A stretch of DNA of 42,013 bases. It comes from a virus. The translations under genes and the position numbers were made by a program. This document shows positions 31,805 to 41,690 of the stretch, piece by piece (the stretch's first letter is position 1; each line of letters opens with the position of its first letter). Where the stretch lies: IMG/VR virus record IMGVR_UViG_3300025009_000208; one strand, written 5' to 3'. A model generated the notes under the pieces. It searched no databases. It was not told where the DNA came from and saw only the letters and a program-made list of their open reading frames with translations.

Positions 31805-34302
31805 TGGGATATTTTGATAATATAAAATTTAATGATATTACAGTAGGAACTCCGAAAAGCACACCTTCGGCTACACCTTCATTTCAACAAAAGGTTGAAA
31901 TAAATAGGGCGAGATTAACTACTACTCCTGCACCCATACCACAACCAGCACCAGCTCCCACAGTTCCACTTAAACCTATGGTGCAACAGCCTAAAACAGG
32001 AATGGGTAAAGTATTCGCTGCACTCAATAAACCCTCAGAATGGACACAGAGTTTATTAACCAAAGGTAAAACTTATGAAGAAGCTTTGGGAAATGAAAAT
32101 AGCGGTTATCATAAATTTAATGAATTTGTTGCCAAAACCAATCTATTAAGAATTATTCCTTCTTATAAGAAAAAACAGGATGAAAAATGGGAAGCAGCAA
32201 TGAAAAATGATACTGCTAAAAAGATTGCAGGATCTGCAGCTAGATTTGTTTTTGATCCATTAAACTTTATTCCTTTCGGAAAGGTTGTTAAGGTGGTGGG
32301 TAAAGGTATATCTAAAGTTGATGATGTGGTCAAGGTTTCTAAAATGGCAGATAAAATGATGGATTGGGCAAGAACAACCCCCGCAATTTATAAAGTTGCT
32401 GAAAAGTTTAGTCCGTTTTTCAGGAATCCAGAGTTCGGTAAGTTAATGAAAGATTCGGAAGGAATTACAAGTAATAGATTAAATGATCTTTATAAGTTAA
32501 TTAAAACTACTGCTAAAAACATGTCCCCGGCAGAACAAACTAGAATTGGTCAGCTTCTTGAGGGTGGAATTGATACAAGTGCGAAATACGAAAAACTAGC
32601 TGCTCCCCTGAGAGAATTAACAGAGAAGATCGGAAAAGAGGCTGTTGATTTGGGAATACTCAGTCGTAAGAGTTTCAATACTTACAAAGGAGTTTATATG
32701 AAACACATCTTTGAAAAGTATATTGATAACGCTGGGAAACAAGGATTTGTTAGGCGTGTAGCTCCGGGAATTGGGCAGCAATTTAGTAAAATGCGTAAAG
32801 GAGCTGAAGGTTATATCAGAGAATTTAGTGCACCCACATTTGCAGGAATCGGAGCAGGGATTAAAGATATTGAAGCTGCTAAGTTTTATAAGAAGATAGC
32901 TTCAGATTTTGGAGCTGGAATTGAAGTTGTTAAGAAAGGAAGAAAGATTGTTAATAGAATTGTTCCAGAAGGATTTGAATATGCACCCAAAGCTATTGAA
33001 AATAGTAAGATAGCTAAGTTTTTCAAGAACAAAGCTTTACCAAATTCAATTATTGAATATATAAACAAAACCTCTCAGATTAAAAAGGTTAGTGGATGGG
33101 ACAAACTACTTAATGCTTGGAAGGCTGGTAAGACAATCTATAATCCCGCTTACCATATCAGAAATGTGGTTTCTAATCAGATCTTATCAGACATGAGCAC
33201 AGGCAAGGGACTGGTTCAAACTGCATCAGACTATATCGGTGCTGTTAGACAATATATTGGGAAAGGAAATCAGAAGTTTGTTAATGCAGCAGAAGCTTTT
33301 GGGCTTATTAAACAGAAAAGATTTGGTGCAGCCTTAGATGAGTTTCTTGATGCTTCCAAAGTTGTAGAACAAAGTAAAGGAGCAAAGATTTTGGACTTTC
33401 CAAGAAAACTTCAGACTGTTACTGAAGAAACTTCCAAGCTTAATGTATTTAAGTCATGGATAGAGAAATTAGCTAGAAAAGCAGGTAAGTCAGTAGATGA
33501 TGCCCTAAAAGATCCAGAGATAGTGCAGAAAGCGGTAAGTAAAGCGGAGGAGGCAATCTTTTCCCCTTATCGGTTAAGTCAGACAGAAAGAGGTTTAGCA
33601 AAAGATTTAATTCCATTTTATTCATTTACTAGACAGGTAGTTCCTTTTACGGCTAAAACTCTTGTTACTAATCCAGCAAGAATTGCTAAATATGGAAAGA
33701 TGAAGCGGGAAGTTGAGAACTTTAGCAAAGATCAGGCTAGACCGGGATACGCAGAAAACTTCATTAGGCTTCCCTGGAAGAATAAACAGGGTGAAAATGC
33801 TTATCTTGATCCTACCTATATCTATCCTTTTGGGAATGTTTTTGAGGGTGGACAGAACGGAAAACTTCCTTTTGGGCTTGGATTTAATCCCATCTTTACA
33901 GAAGTTGCACAACAGATGGCAAACAAAGATTTCTACTATGATCAGCCAATAGCCAAGTATGAATCAAAGGCAATGCGTGGAGAAAATCTCAAAGCTCGTG
34001 CTGCTCATGTGTTTAGAACTGGTGCTCCACAGTTTGTGAGTAATGCAATCTCAAAGATACTTCCGGCTGCCACAGGACAAAAAGACTTTGCAGGTAGAGA
34101 AAGAAGTATGGTTCAAGCTTTAGCAGATACAATCATGGGTATTAAAACATCTTTTATTAGTGAGGATAAGGGAGTTTTGGATCAGTTTTATCAACAAAAT
34201 AATATTATGCGAAGTAAGCAAAACGATATTAAGAAGGTTATGCAAGACAATTCTATGTCAGATGAAGATAAGAGAATGTTGCTTGAAAAGATACTAAAAT
34301 AA
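31804..34302 (+). CDS. Large (832-aa) virion protein, unknown function
   Basis: TAATG overlap with the previous gene. Pro/Thr-rich N-terminal tract. No recognisable catalytic motif. Confidence 0.45.
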   Translation: MGYFDNIKFNDITVGTPKSTPSATPSFQQKVEINRARLTTTPAPIPQPAPAPTVPLKPMVQQPKTGMGKVFAALNKPSEWTQSLLTKGKTYEEALGNENSGYHKFNEFVAKTNLLRIIPSYKKKQDEKWEAAMKNDTAKKIAGSAARFVFDPLNFIPFGKVVKVVGKGISKVDDVVKVSKMADKMMDWARTTPAIYKVAEKFSPFFRNPEFGKLMKDSEGITSNRLNDLYKLIKTTAKNMSPAEQTRIGQLLEGGIDTSAKYEKLAAPLRELTEKIGKEAVDLGILSRKSFNTYKGVYMKHIFEKYIDNAGKQGFVRRVAPGIGQQFSKMRKGAEGYIREFSAPTFAGIGAGIKDIEAAKFYKKIASDFGAGIEVVKKGRKIVNRIVPEGFEYAPKAIENSKIAKFFKNKALPNSIIEYINKTSQIKKVSGWDKLLNAWKAGKTIYNPAYHIRNVVSNQILSDMSTGKGLVQTASDYIGAVRQYIGKGNQKFVNAAEAFGLIKQKRFGAALDEFLDASKVVEQSKGAKILDFPRKLQTVTEETSKLNVFKSWIEKLARKAGKSVDDALKDPEIVQKAVSKAEEAIFSPYRLSQTERGLAKDLIPFYSFTRQVVPFTAKTLVTNPARIAKYGKMKREVENFSKDQARPGYAENFIRLPWKNKQGENAYLDPTYIYPFGNVFEGGQNGKLPFGLGFNPIFTEVAQQMANKDFYYDQPIAKYESKAMRGENLKARAAHVFRTGAPQFVSNAISKILPAATGQKDFAGRERSMVQALADTIMGIKTSFISEDKGVLDQFYQQNNIMRSKQNDIKKVMQDNSMSDEDKRMLLEKILK

Positions 34303-34304
34303 TA

Positions 34305-34339
34305 TCTAGTTGACATGAAGCTGTAGAAGTATCTTAATT
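34305..34339 (+). promoter_or_regulatory. 13-mer promoter motif TCTAGTTGACATG plus TTAATT -10 (18-nt spacer) ahead of scaffold and capsid genes
   Basis: TTGACA at 34310-34315, TTAATT at 34334-34339. Confidence 0.5.
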
Positions 34340-34398
34340 GATATAGTTTGATAGTTCGGGGGTGGACTGGTTTCAAGTTTTGTTACGAGTCCAACCCT

Positions 34399-34413
34399 GA
34401 GCTTATTAAGCTC
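34399..34413. promoter_or_regulatory. Perfect 15-nt palindrome next to the scaffold gene SD
   Basis: GAGCTTATTAAGCTC, with AAGGAGG starting 7 nt downstream. Confidence 0.35.
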
Positions 34414-34430
34414 TTAGAAAGGAGGTTGTA

Positions 34431-35135
34431 ATGGAAAATAATAATAACGCAAATGATCCCGCAGGAAATCCGAGTGCAGCGAGTCCTGGTGCTTCCGATC
34501 CAGGAAGTCAGGGCGGTGAAACTACACCCCAGGGTGCTTCTCAAGGTCAAAATGGAACTCCACCCACAGATGATAAGGATGGAGAAATAAAAATTCTCAA
34601 AGAGAATATATCAGGCTTGAATAAAGCTTTGATTGATGCCAGGCGTTCAGGTAGGCAGAAAACTACTACTCCAGGTGGAGATGAAGGTAATCCTTTTGAT
34701 TCCGAAGCAGGGCAATACGCTGCTGCATTAGAGTTATCTGATGCAAGGTTGAGAGGGAATATGGAAGAAAGACTAGCTCTTTATCCAGAACTTTCACCAG
34801 ATGAGTTGCAAAGAATCAGGCTAAATCCCTGGGCTTTTGCTTCTCGCCAGTCTTTTCTTACAGGTGATTGGGAAACCGCACTTGATGAGATTGAAGATAA
34901 GATTGCTAATAGAGTGGAAGAACTTGCTGCCGGAACTCCCGCACAACCACAGGGACAACAGCCAAGTGCTCCAGTAGCACCTGCGACTGTTAATGCTAAT
35001 CCAGCACCCGAAGGCGAAGCAGATAATGCAGAGCCGGGTAGTCCAGAAGATCAAAATCTTTGGACAATGCCATTAGGCAAATTGGAAAAGCTAAAAGATA
35101 AAGCTGTTGCAAAAATGTCCCAACCACAGCAATAA
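34431..35135 (+). CDS. Probable scaffolding protein
   Basis: Immediately upstream of the capsid gene. Acidic and low-complexity N- and C-terminal regions with a helical middle. Confidence 0.55.
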   Translation: MENNNNANDPAGNPSAASPGASDPGSQGGETTPQGASQGQNGTPPTDDKDGEIKILKENISGLNKALIDARRSGRQKTTTPGGDEGNPFDSEAGQYAAALELSDARLRGNMEERLALYPELSPDELQRIRLNPWAFASRQSFLTGDWETALDEIEDKIANRVEELAAGTPAQPQGQQPSAPVAPATVNANPAPEGEADNAEPGSPEDQNLWTMPLGKLEKLKDKAVAKMSQPQQ

Positions 35136-35155
35136 GATTGGAGGTGAAATAATAT

Positions 35156-36073
35156 ATGGCAGAAATGACACGCACACTAGGCACAGATACGATTGAAACT
35201 TACAATGTTCGTAAAACATTGGAATTCGCTAAACCTAAATTGGTTTATCCTCAATTCGGTGCACCCGATTTGACATTGCGAAGAAAAGGACAAACCGCAT
35301 CCTGGTTGAAATTCACAAAGATGACAGTCCCAAGCACAGTCTTGGATGACTCTCCTACATGGAGTCCAGCAACTGTTGCAGATTCTACTGTTACAGCTAC
35401 TTTGGAGCTTTGGGGAAATGGAGTAACCTTGTTAGAAGCCTTGAAGGAAACTTCCTTCTTGGACTTGCCTGATGAGTATAAAAAACTTGTTGGACAAAAT
35501 GCAGGTGAAACTATCAACGAAAAAGTCAGAGATGTTTTAGTAGCAGGAACTAGCGTTAATTACGCAAATTCCAAGACAGCTAGAACCAACCTTTTGACCT
35601 CGGATACGATTGACCTTAATGACATCTTGGATACTGTGGAATCTCTTGAAACCGCAGATGCTCCAATGATCGGAGATAATTATGTCGCTATAATCTCTCC
35701 TTATGTCAAAACCCGCTTAATGAAGGACACAGACTTCAGAGAAGCTACTAGATACTTAGCAAAAGACAACTCCCTGTTTACAGGTGAAGTTGCTACTATT
35801 GATGGTGTAAAGTTCGTAAGAACTTCTACAGCTCCATCCATTGCAAACTCAGGATCAAATTCAACAGTTAGTTATGTTGAACAAACGATCATTCTAGGAG
35901 AGGGTGCTTACGGAATAGCTAGGTTACTACCTGGCGACTTTGATGTTATCGTTACACCTCCGGGTGGACATGGTGATGAATACAAAGTTAAAACCGCAAT
36001 CGCTTGGAAGGCATATCTCAAGTCCGTTATCTTACAGCAAACCTTCATGAGAAGGCTTGAGTCCGCAAGATAA
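35156..36073 (+). CDS. Major capsid protein (HK97-fold type)
   Basis: 305 aa with strong SD GGAGGTGA. The position after the scaffold gene and the sequence style (LWGNGVTLLEAL..., AIISPYV..., GVKFVRTS...) are typical of HK97-like capsid proteins. Confidence 0.7.
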   Translation: MAEMTRTLGTDTIETYNVRKTLEFAKPKLVYPQFGAPDLTLRRKGQTASWLKFTKMTVPSTVLDDSPTWSPATVADSTVTATLELWGNGVTLLEALKETSFLDLPDEYKKLVGQNAGETINEKVRDVLVAGTSVNYANSKTARTNLLTSDTIDLNDILDTVESLETADAPMIGDNYVAIISPYVKTRLMKDTDFREATRYLAKDNSLFTGEVATIDGVKFVRTSTAPSIANSGSNSTVSYVEQTIILGEGAYGIARLLPGDFDVIVTPPGGHGDEYKVKTAIAWKAYLKSVILQQTFMRRLESAR

Positions 36074-36160
36074 GCAGGTTGAGTAGTGAGATGGGTATTG
36101 TGCGACCATATGACTCAGCACAAGGTTAGCCCTAGCCTTATAGGGCACAAAAGTAAAAAT

Positions 36161-36427
36161 ATGTTAAGACCTAAATCAAAAAAAGAAATCTTGCCTTTTA
36201 AGGCAGTATTTGGCAAACGAAAGTTTGTCTTTCCTATGGAATATGCTACTGAGAATGTGGATGGTAAGAAAGGAATGTTGATTTCCATCAACAACAAAAA
36301 CACATTCGTTCCATGTGGTGAGCCTGTTGACCTTACCTGGGAGGTATGGTCTTTGTTGAAAAACATAGGCAGGGTTGCCCGGATTGTAAATGTAGCAATT
36401 GACGAAGATGACAAAAAGAAATTATGA
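36161..36427 (+). CDS. Hypothetical protein
   Basis: The track ORF starts at GTG 36086. I chose ATG at 36161, downstream of the hairpin GCCCTA-GCCTTA-TAGGGC (36127-36144). The start is uncertain. Confidence 0.35.
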   Translation: MLRPKSKKEILPFKAVFGKRKFVFPMEYATENVDGKKGMLISINNKNTFVPCGEPVDLTWEVWSLLKNIGRVARIVNVAIDEDDKKKL

Positions 36428-37493
36428 GGAGAACCTCAATTGGTATGGTTGGACTACGCCATTTTCAGGCTACGGAATAGTAAGCCTTGAATATATGGTT
36501 GCCCTTGAGAGGCTTACAGGTAAAATTTCTGTGGGTTGGCAGAGGAGAGAACCGGATAATTCTTCAGAATGGAGGATCTTATCCACAGAACAACAGAACT
36601 TAATTCATTACAAACCTTTTGATAAAGCTAGACTTGGGATAATTAAAACAACTCCAGAGCTTTTTCATAACAATATTTCAGATATTAAGATCGGATATAC
36701 AATGGTTGAAAATAGTCGGGTAGGTAAGAATTGGGTTGACAAATGTATGGCTATGGATGCCCTATTTGTTCCTTCTAAATACTTAGTGGATGTGTTCAAA
36801 GAAAGCGGATTTACAAAACCAATCTATACAGTTAAACAGGGAATCAATCCTGAACTTTTTAAGTATGTAGATCGCAGGAGAGTTGAAAGGAAACCCCGAG
36901 AGAAATTCATATTTGCTACTGCCGGATGGCTTGATGAAAGAAAGAATTGGCAAGAAATGGTAACTGCTTTTACTTCAGAATTTGATAATAACGAGCCTGT
37001 AGAATTATGGCTCAAAAACTCCAATAATATGTTCGGTTACGAACAACCTGCAGACGAAAGGGTAAAACTAATTGACGAACTTCTTTCTTTTGAGCAGATG
37101 CAGATCTTCTACAAGAATATAGATTGCTTCCTTTTCTGTTCCAGAGCTGAGGGTGCGGGTATGCCCGGGAGAGAAGCTATGGCAACAGGGCTTCCTGTAA
37201 TCATTACCAATTGGTCTGGTATGGCTGATGTGGCAGATTCCCGATACAACTATCCCCTTGATCCTGTGGCAATTGACATGCCTGATGCCAGGATGCAGGA
37301 GGAACAACCAGGATTCCAGGCAAGAATTAGTGTTGAGGAGCTTATGTATTGGATGCGTTACATTTACGAGCACCAGGATGAAGCCTATGAAAAGGGTAAA
37401 TTAGCCTCAGCTTGGATGCACAGGGATTGGAATTGGGAAGTTTGTGCAGAAGATATGCTTGACACTTTGGTTAAAAACTTTGATTATAAATAA
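36408..37493 (+). CDS. GT-B glycosyltransferase (GT4/GT1-like)
   Basis: CFLFCSRAEGAGMPGREAMATGLPVIITNWSGMAD is a typical E-x7-E region of retaining GT4 enzymes. ATG at 36408 (track start is TTG at 36399). Confidence 0.75.
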   Translation: MTKRNYEENLNWYGWTTPFSGYGIVSLEYMVALERLTGKISVGWQRREPDNSSEWRILSTEQQNLIHYKPFDKARLGIIKTTPELFHNNISDIKIGYTMVENSRVGKNWVDKCMAMDALFVPSKYLVDVFKESGFTKPIYTVKQGINPELFKYVDRRRVERKPREKFIFATAGWLDERKNWQEMVTAFTSEFDNNEPVELWLKNSNNMFGYEQPADERVKLIDELLSFEQMQIFYKNIDCFLFCSRAEGAGMPGREAMATGLPVIITNWSGMADVADSRYNYPLDPVAIDMPDARMQEEQPGFQARISVEELMYWMRYIYEHQDEAYEKGKLASAWMHRDWNWEVCAEDMLDTLVKNFDYK

Positions 37494-37495
37494 GT

Positions 37496-38107
37496 ATGGA
37501 TGAATTTATTGCATGGAATGATTGGTGGAGTCTAAAATATCGCTTCAAGATGGGCGAGGGCGTGAGATATTTCTCAACTAAAATTGCTCTTAATTTGTTT
37601 CACTTCAGAGGAGGCACTAATATAGTTGAAACAGGCACGATTAGAATGGCTGACGATATGAATGGTGGAGGCTATTCTACCCTTCTTTACGGAGATTACG
37701 CACAACACTATGACAAGCACTTTTGGACTGTTGATATTCTTCCGGAGGCAATAGAACTTTCAAAGAAAGAAACGGAAGGGTTCAATAAGAATACAAATTT
37801 CGTTACAAGTGATTCGGTTGAGTTTCTCAAGAACTTCCCGGAGAAAATTGACCTTCTTTATTTGGATTCAATGGATTGCCCAGAGAATGACGAGGCTGAT
37901 TCTCCTCATCTAATAGCTTCACAAGAACACCAGTTAAATGAAATCAAAGCTGCATGGGACAAATTAACTGATAAATCTGTAATCCTTTTGGATGATAACA
38001 ATTTTACAAACGGAGGAAAGTGTAAGCTTTCGGTTCAGTTCTTAATAGATAACGGATGGACACCTTTGATGGCAGATAAACAGGTTCTATTTATTAAAAA
38101 TGCTTAA
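37496..38107 (+). CDS. Class I SAM-dependent methyltransferase
   Basis: NIVETGTIRM...GGGYST and IDLLYLDSMD match the motif I and post-I pattern of small-molecule/sugar O-methyltransferases. Confidence 0.6.
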   Translation: MDEFIAWNDWWSLKYRFKMGEGVRYFSTKIALNLFHFRGGTNIVETGTIRMADDMNGGGYSTLLYGDYAQHYDKHFWTVDILPEAIELSKKETEGFNKNTNFVTSDSVEFLKNFPEKIDLLYLDSMDCPENDEADSPHLIASQEHQLNEIKAAWDKLTDKSVILLDDNNFTNGGKCKLSVQFLIDNGWTPLMADKQVLFIKNA

Positions 38108-38654
38108 ACTAAATTTGGGTTGTTGGAAAAGGAAGTTGCCGAAATTTACAAATGTAGATATTTGTAACCTACCTGGCGTTGATTATGTCAGGAATATTGA
38201 CGACCTTTCCTGTTTTGATGATGCAACTGTGGAACTAATTTATGCCAGTCATTGTTTTGAATACTTTGATCGTGAAAAAGGTGCCCATGTATTAAAGGAG
38301 TGGAAAAGAGTTTTAGCTTCAGGAGGAACGCTTCGGATTGCAGTTCCTGATTTTGAAAAGATTATCAAAGCTTATAAATTCTTTGGAGATATAAATAGAA
38401 CTCTTGGATTGTTATATGGAAAGATGCAGATTGATACAGTTAATGGTAGTAAAACCATATATCACAAGACAGTTTATGACTTTGATTCCTTAAAAGAAAT
38501 GCTTGAAGCTGCCGGATTTGTAAATGTTAGAAGGTATGATTGGAAGAAAACTATTCATAAAGATTATGACGACCATTCTCAAGCTTATATTCCGCACATG
38601 GATAAAGAGCATGGGGTGTTGATGAGCTTAAATGTGGAGGCAGACAAACCATGA
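38100..38654 (+). CDS. SAM-dependent methyltransferase (type 11-like)
   Basis: LNLGCWKRKLPKFTNVDI ... ELIYASHCFEYF ... VLASGGTLRIAVPDF. Confidence 0.65.
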   Translation: MLKLNLGCWKRKLPKFTNVDICNLPGVDYVRNIDDLSCFDDATVELIYASHCFEYFDREKGAHVLKEWKRVLASGGTLRIAVPDFEKIIKAYKFFGDINRTLGLLYGKMQIDTVNGSKTIYHKTVYDFDSLKEMLEAAGFVNVRRYDWKKTIHKDYDDHSQAYIPHMDKEHGVLMSLNVEADKP

Positions 38655-39655
38655 AAATACTTTATCTATCGTGCCATTCAATTTTAGAATATGACGAAAC
38701 CAAGCTTTTAACTGAGCTTGGACATGAGGTTTTCAGTCATGGAGCATATGTTAATCCTCAAGCTCCGCAGGATATTAAACGACCTGCAACTGATGCTAAA
38801 TATAACGAACATATGGCAGTTCTTGCTACCCGATTTTCAAAAGACAAGCTAAGTGAGGAGATGATTGAATGGGCTGATACTATTATTGTGCAGCATGTGC
38901 CTGAATGGATTATGAATAATTGGGATCAGATCAAGCACAAAAATGTAATTTGGAGAACAATTGGACAGTCAACAGCAGCCACAGAAATTCAACTTGCTGA
39001 CTACCGCTATGAAGGGATGAAGATTGTCAGGTATTCTCCAAAGGAAAAGAATATTCAAATGAATTTGGGAGAAGATGCCATGATTCGTTTCTACAAAGAT
39101 CCGGAGGAATACAAAGATTGGAATGGAAATGTGGAAAGGGTTATTACTCTTGGTCAAGCCATTCAAAAGCGTGGTGCTTTCTGCAATTACCAGGCATTTG
39201 ATGCTGCAACTGCACCTTATCCAAGAATTGTGTTTGGAGCTGATAATGATGACTTGGGTGCTATGTGGGGTGGGCAGTTAAGCTATGAAGATTTGAAGCG
39301 TGAACTTCGGGATAACCGAGTTTTCCTTTATACAGGGACTCAACCTGCTTCTTATACGCTTGGATTTATTGAAGCTATGATGACCGGAATACCCATTGTT
39401 GCGGTTGGTAACGATATTGGAAATAGTCTTTTTAAGCAAGAACAAAATACCTACGAGATCCCGGAAATAATAGATAGTGGTCTTAGTGGCTTTGTTAGTG
39501 ATAGCATAGAAGTGTTGAGTGATAAAGTTGGACAGCTTTTGAAAGATGAACCCCTGAGAAAACGCATCTCAGAGGCGGGTAGGGCTAGAGCCATAGAGCT
39601 TTTTGGCAAGGAAACAATTAAGAAACAATGGGAAACCTTTTTGAATAATTTATAA
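38651..39655 (+). CDS. GT-B glycosyltransferase
   Basis: RVFLYTGTQPASYTLGFIEAMMTGIPIVAVGND is a C-terminal nucleotide-sugar-binding-type region. Confidence 0.6.
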   Translation: MKILYLSCHSILEYDETKLLTELGHEVFSHGAYVNPQAPQDIKRPATDAKYNEHMAVLATRFSKDKLSEEMIEWADTIIVQHVPEWIMNNWDQIKHKNVIWRTIGQSTAATEIQLADYRYEGMKIVRYSPKEKNIQMNLGEDAMIRFYKDPEEYKDWNGNVERVITLGQAIQKRGAFCNYQAFDAATAPYPRIVFGADNDDLGAMWGGQLSYEDLKRELRDNRVFLYTGTQPASYTLGFIEAMMTGIPIVAVGNDIGNSLFKQEQNTYEIPEIIDSGLSGFVSDSIEVLSDKVGQLLKDEPLRKRISEAGRARAIELFGKETIKKQWETFLNNL

Positions 39656-39657
39656 AT

Positions 39658-40578
39658 ATGTTATCAATCTGCACCAGTATCTATAGGGAAACCGACAGCC
39701 TAGAGGTATTTGTCAGAACAGTATTCGGGAACGCTTCAACTCCTTCAGAAATAGAAATTATTGTAGCTAATGATGAAACCTCACCAGCAACCGCAGATCT
39801 TCTTAGCAGACTAGCTTTAGAGTTTCCCAACCTTCGTTCTTTTAGTAGAACTAAAACCCAAAGGATTAAGTTTTTAAGAAATCGTGTTGAATTTTATAAG
39901 AGAGAAAATATTTTTAGTCCAGAGGAATTGACAAATATGGATGAGAGAATAAACCAATATGAAAGCGGGGAGCTTGAAACCCTATGGTTTCCCCCGGGAG
40001 TTCTATATAACAAAGCAGCTAAGATGGCGAGTGGGGATGTTCTTCTTTTAGTCCCGGCTGATTATATTTGTTTCGGAGATTTGAGTAAAATTTACGAAGC
40101 TTTCAAGAATATTCCTGGAGATATTGTTGGACATTTTGATTGGCTTGACACAACCTCTCTTGATCCAATGCCTGATATTCTAAATATTGTGCGAAAGACC
40201 AAACCTAAAGATGAATTTCACGCAGTTACAAATGATTGGTTACAACAGGCTTTTGCCAATAATGTTGGTCATGTTTGGCAACAACATGGTATGAGAATGG
40301 TCAAGAAGGATGTATTTGAAAAAGCAGGGTGCTATGATGGAAGGTGGTTTACAAGGTCGTGGAATGAAGATAGTCTTAATAGAAGGATGGAGCAATTCGC
40401 AAATGCTCACAGGCTTATGGAACTAGATCAAACTAAATCATTTAATCCTTACTTCGGAACTCTGAGGGGTAAATCCTGGAGAGAACCAAACTACCTCTGT
40501 TCTTTTTATTCAGGTTTACCCGAAATTCATAGTCAGTTTTTGAGTAGAATCCAATTCTATTTAGAAAGGGAAGCATGA
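39658..40578 (+). CDS. GT-A (family 2-like) glycosyltransferase
   Basis: LSICTSIYRETDSLEVFVRTV...EIEIIVANDETS is a typical GT2 N-terminus. Confidence 0.6.
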   Translation: MLSICTSIYRETDSLEVFVRTVFGNASTPSEIEIIVANDETSPATADLLSRLALEFPNLRSFSRTKTQRIKFLRNRVEFYKRENIFSPEELTNMDERINQYESGELETLWFPPGVLYNKAAKMASGDVLLLVPADYICFGDLSKIYEAFKNIPGDIVGHFDWLDTTSLDPMPDILNIVRKTKPKDEFHAVTNDWLQQAFANNVGHVWQQHGMRMVKKDVFEKAGCYDGRWFTRSWNEDSLNRRMEQFANAHRLMELDQTKSFNPYFGTLRGKSWREPNYLCSFYSGLPEIHSQFLSRIQFYLEREA

Positions 40579-41690
40579 AAACAATTCAAATGTTCAACGC
40601 TAAAATATCTCACAATGTAGCCCCCGCATTGTCTGAACTTATGGCGGGTGGATTTATCGGGGAAGGCGTAAAGGTTGTGGAATTTACTAAGAAACTTGAA
40701 AGCTACTTCGGCTGTAAAAACTTATTGCTTCTTAATAGCTGCACAAGTGCAATTACTCTTGCAGCCAGGTTAATTGGACTCAAGCCAGGAGATGAAGTCA
40801 TTTCTACCCCTTTCACAATGATCGCTACAAGCGTGGCTCTGATGCCTTTTGGAGTTAAGATTGTTTGGGCTGATATTAACGAAACGGATGTGAATATCTC
40901 TGTGGATAGCGTGAGGAAAAGTATTACCCCCAATACAAAAGCCATTGTTGTAGTGCATGTTGGGGGGTTGCCTTGCAATATGGAGGGATTGTCCAAACTT
41001 GGGCTTCCAATTATATCTGATTGTGCACATGCGATTGACACTTGCTATCAGGGTGAGCACATTTCCAAATGGGCTGATTACTCGTGCTTTTCCTTCCAGG
41101 CAATCAAGCAATTGAATACCGGAGATGGGGGAGCACTTGTGATCAGAGATGATGCTCAATTTGCCCGGGCTGAGAAGCTTAAATGGTTTGGTATGAGCAG
41201 GAAAGTCCCGGAGGGAATGACCAGACTTGAGCATCAAATGACTGCGGATGTGCCTGAGTGGGGTTATAAATTCCATATGAATGATATTGCAGCTACAATC
41301 GGATTAGCAAATTTTGAGTGCCTGGATGATGTAACAAGTAGTAATGTGGATAACGCAGAGTTTTACATGAAAGAATTACAGGGAATCAAAGGTATAACTC
41401 TGCCCACAATTGAGAAAGATGCTTTACCTGATTGGTGGGGATTCTATATTTTTACAGATGAAAGACCAAAATTGATGGATTTTCTTAATAAGAAAGGAAT
41501 CATCACAACTCCAATGTGGAGAAGAAATGACCAATATTCTGCTTTCAAAGAGGACTTCCCGAAGCTACTTCCAAATATGACCGCCCTTCAAAATAAGATT
41601 CTATTTATTCCTTCGGGCTGGTGGCTAACTAAAAAAGACCGAGAATATATAGTAGAATGTATTAAGGAATTTTCAAATGCGAATCAATAA
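40575..41690 (+). CDS. DegT/DnrJ/EryC1/StrS-family PLP-dependent sugar aminotransferase
   Basis: GDEVISTPFT..., ISDCAHA, and FSFQAIKQLNTGDGGAL (PLP Lys context). Confidence 0.85.
   Translation: MKTIQMFNAKISHNVAPALSELMAGGFIGEGVKVVEFTKKLESYFGCKNLLLLNSCTSAITLAARLIGLKPGDEVISTPFTMIATSVALMPFGVKIVWADINETDVNISVDSVRKSITPNTKAIVVVHVGGLPCNMEGLSKLGLPIISDCAHAIDTCYQGEHISKWADYSCFSFQAIKQLNTGDGGALVIRDDAQFARAEKLKWFGMSRKVPEGMTRLEHQMTADVPEWGYKFHMNDIAATIGLANFECLDDVTSSNVDNAEFYMKELQGIKGITLPTIEKDALPDWWGFYIFTDERPKLMDFLNKKGIITTPMWRRNDQYSAFKEDFPKLLPNMTALQNKILFIPSGWWLTKKDREYIVECIKEFSNANQ

Noticed and set aside
36086-36160. Upstream extension of ORF 36086-36427 from a GTG start
   Set aside because: The extension has no SD and runs through a hairpin directly after the capsid stop. 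I prefer an internal ATG at 36161, with low confidence.
36589-36597. Perfect DnaA box TTATCCACA
   Set aside because: It is a single copy inside the GT4 coding sequence with no cluster and no adjacent AT-rich unwinding element. It is most likely chance.
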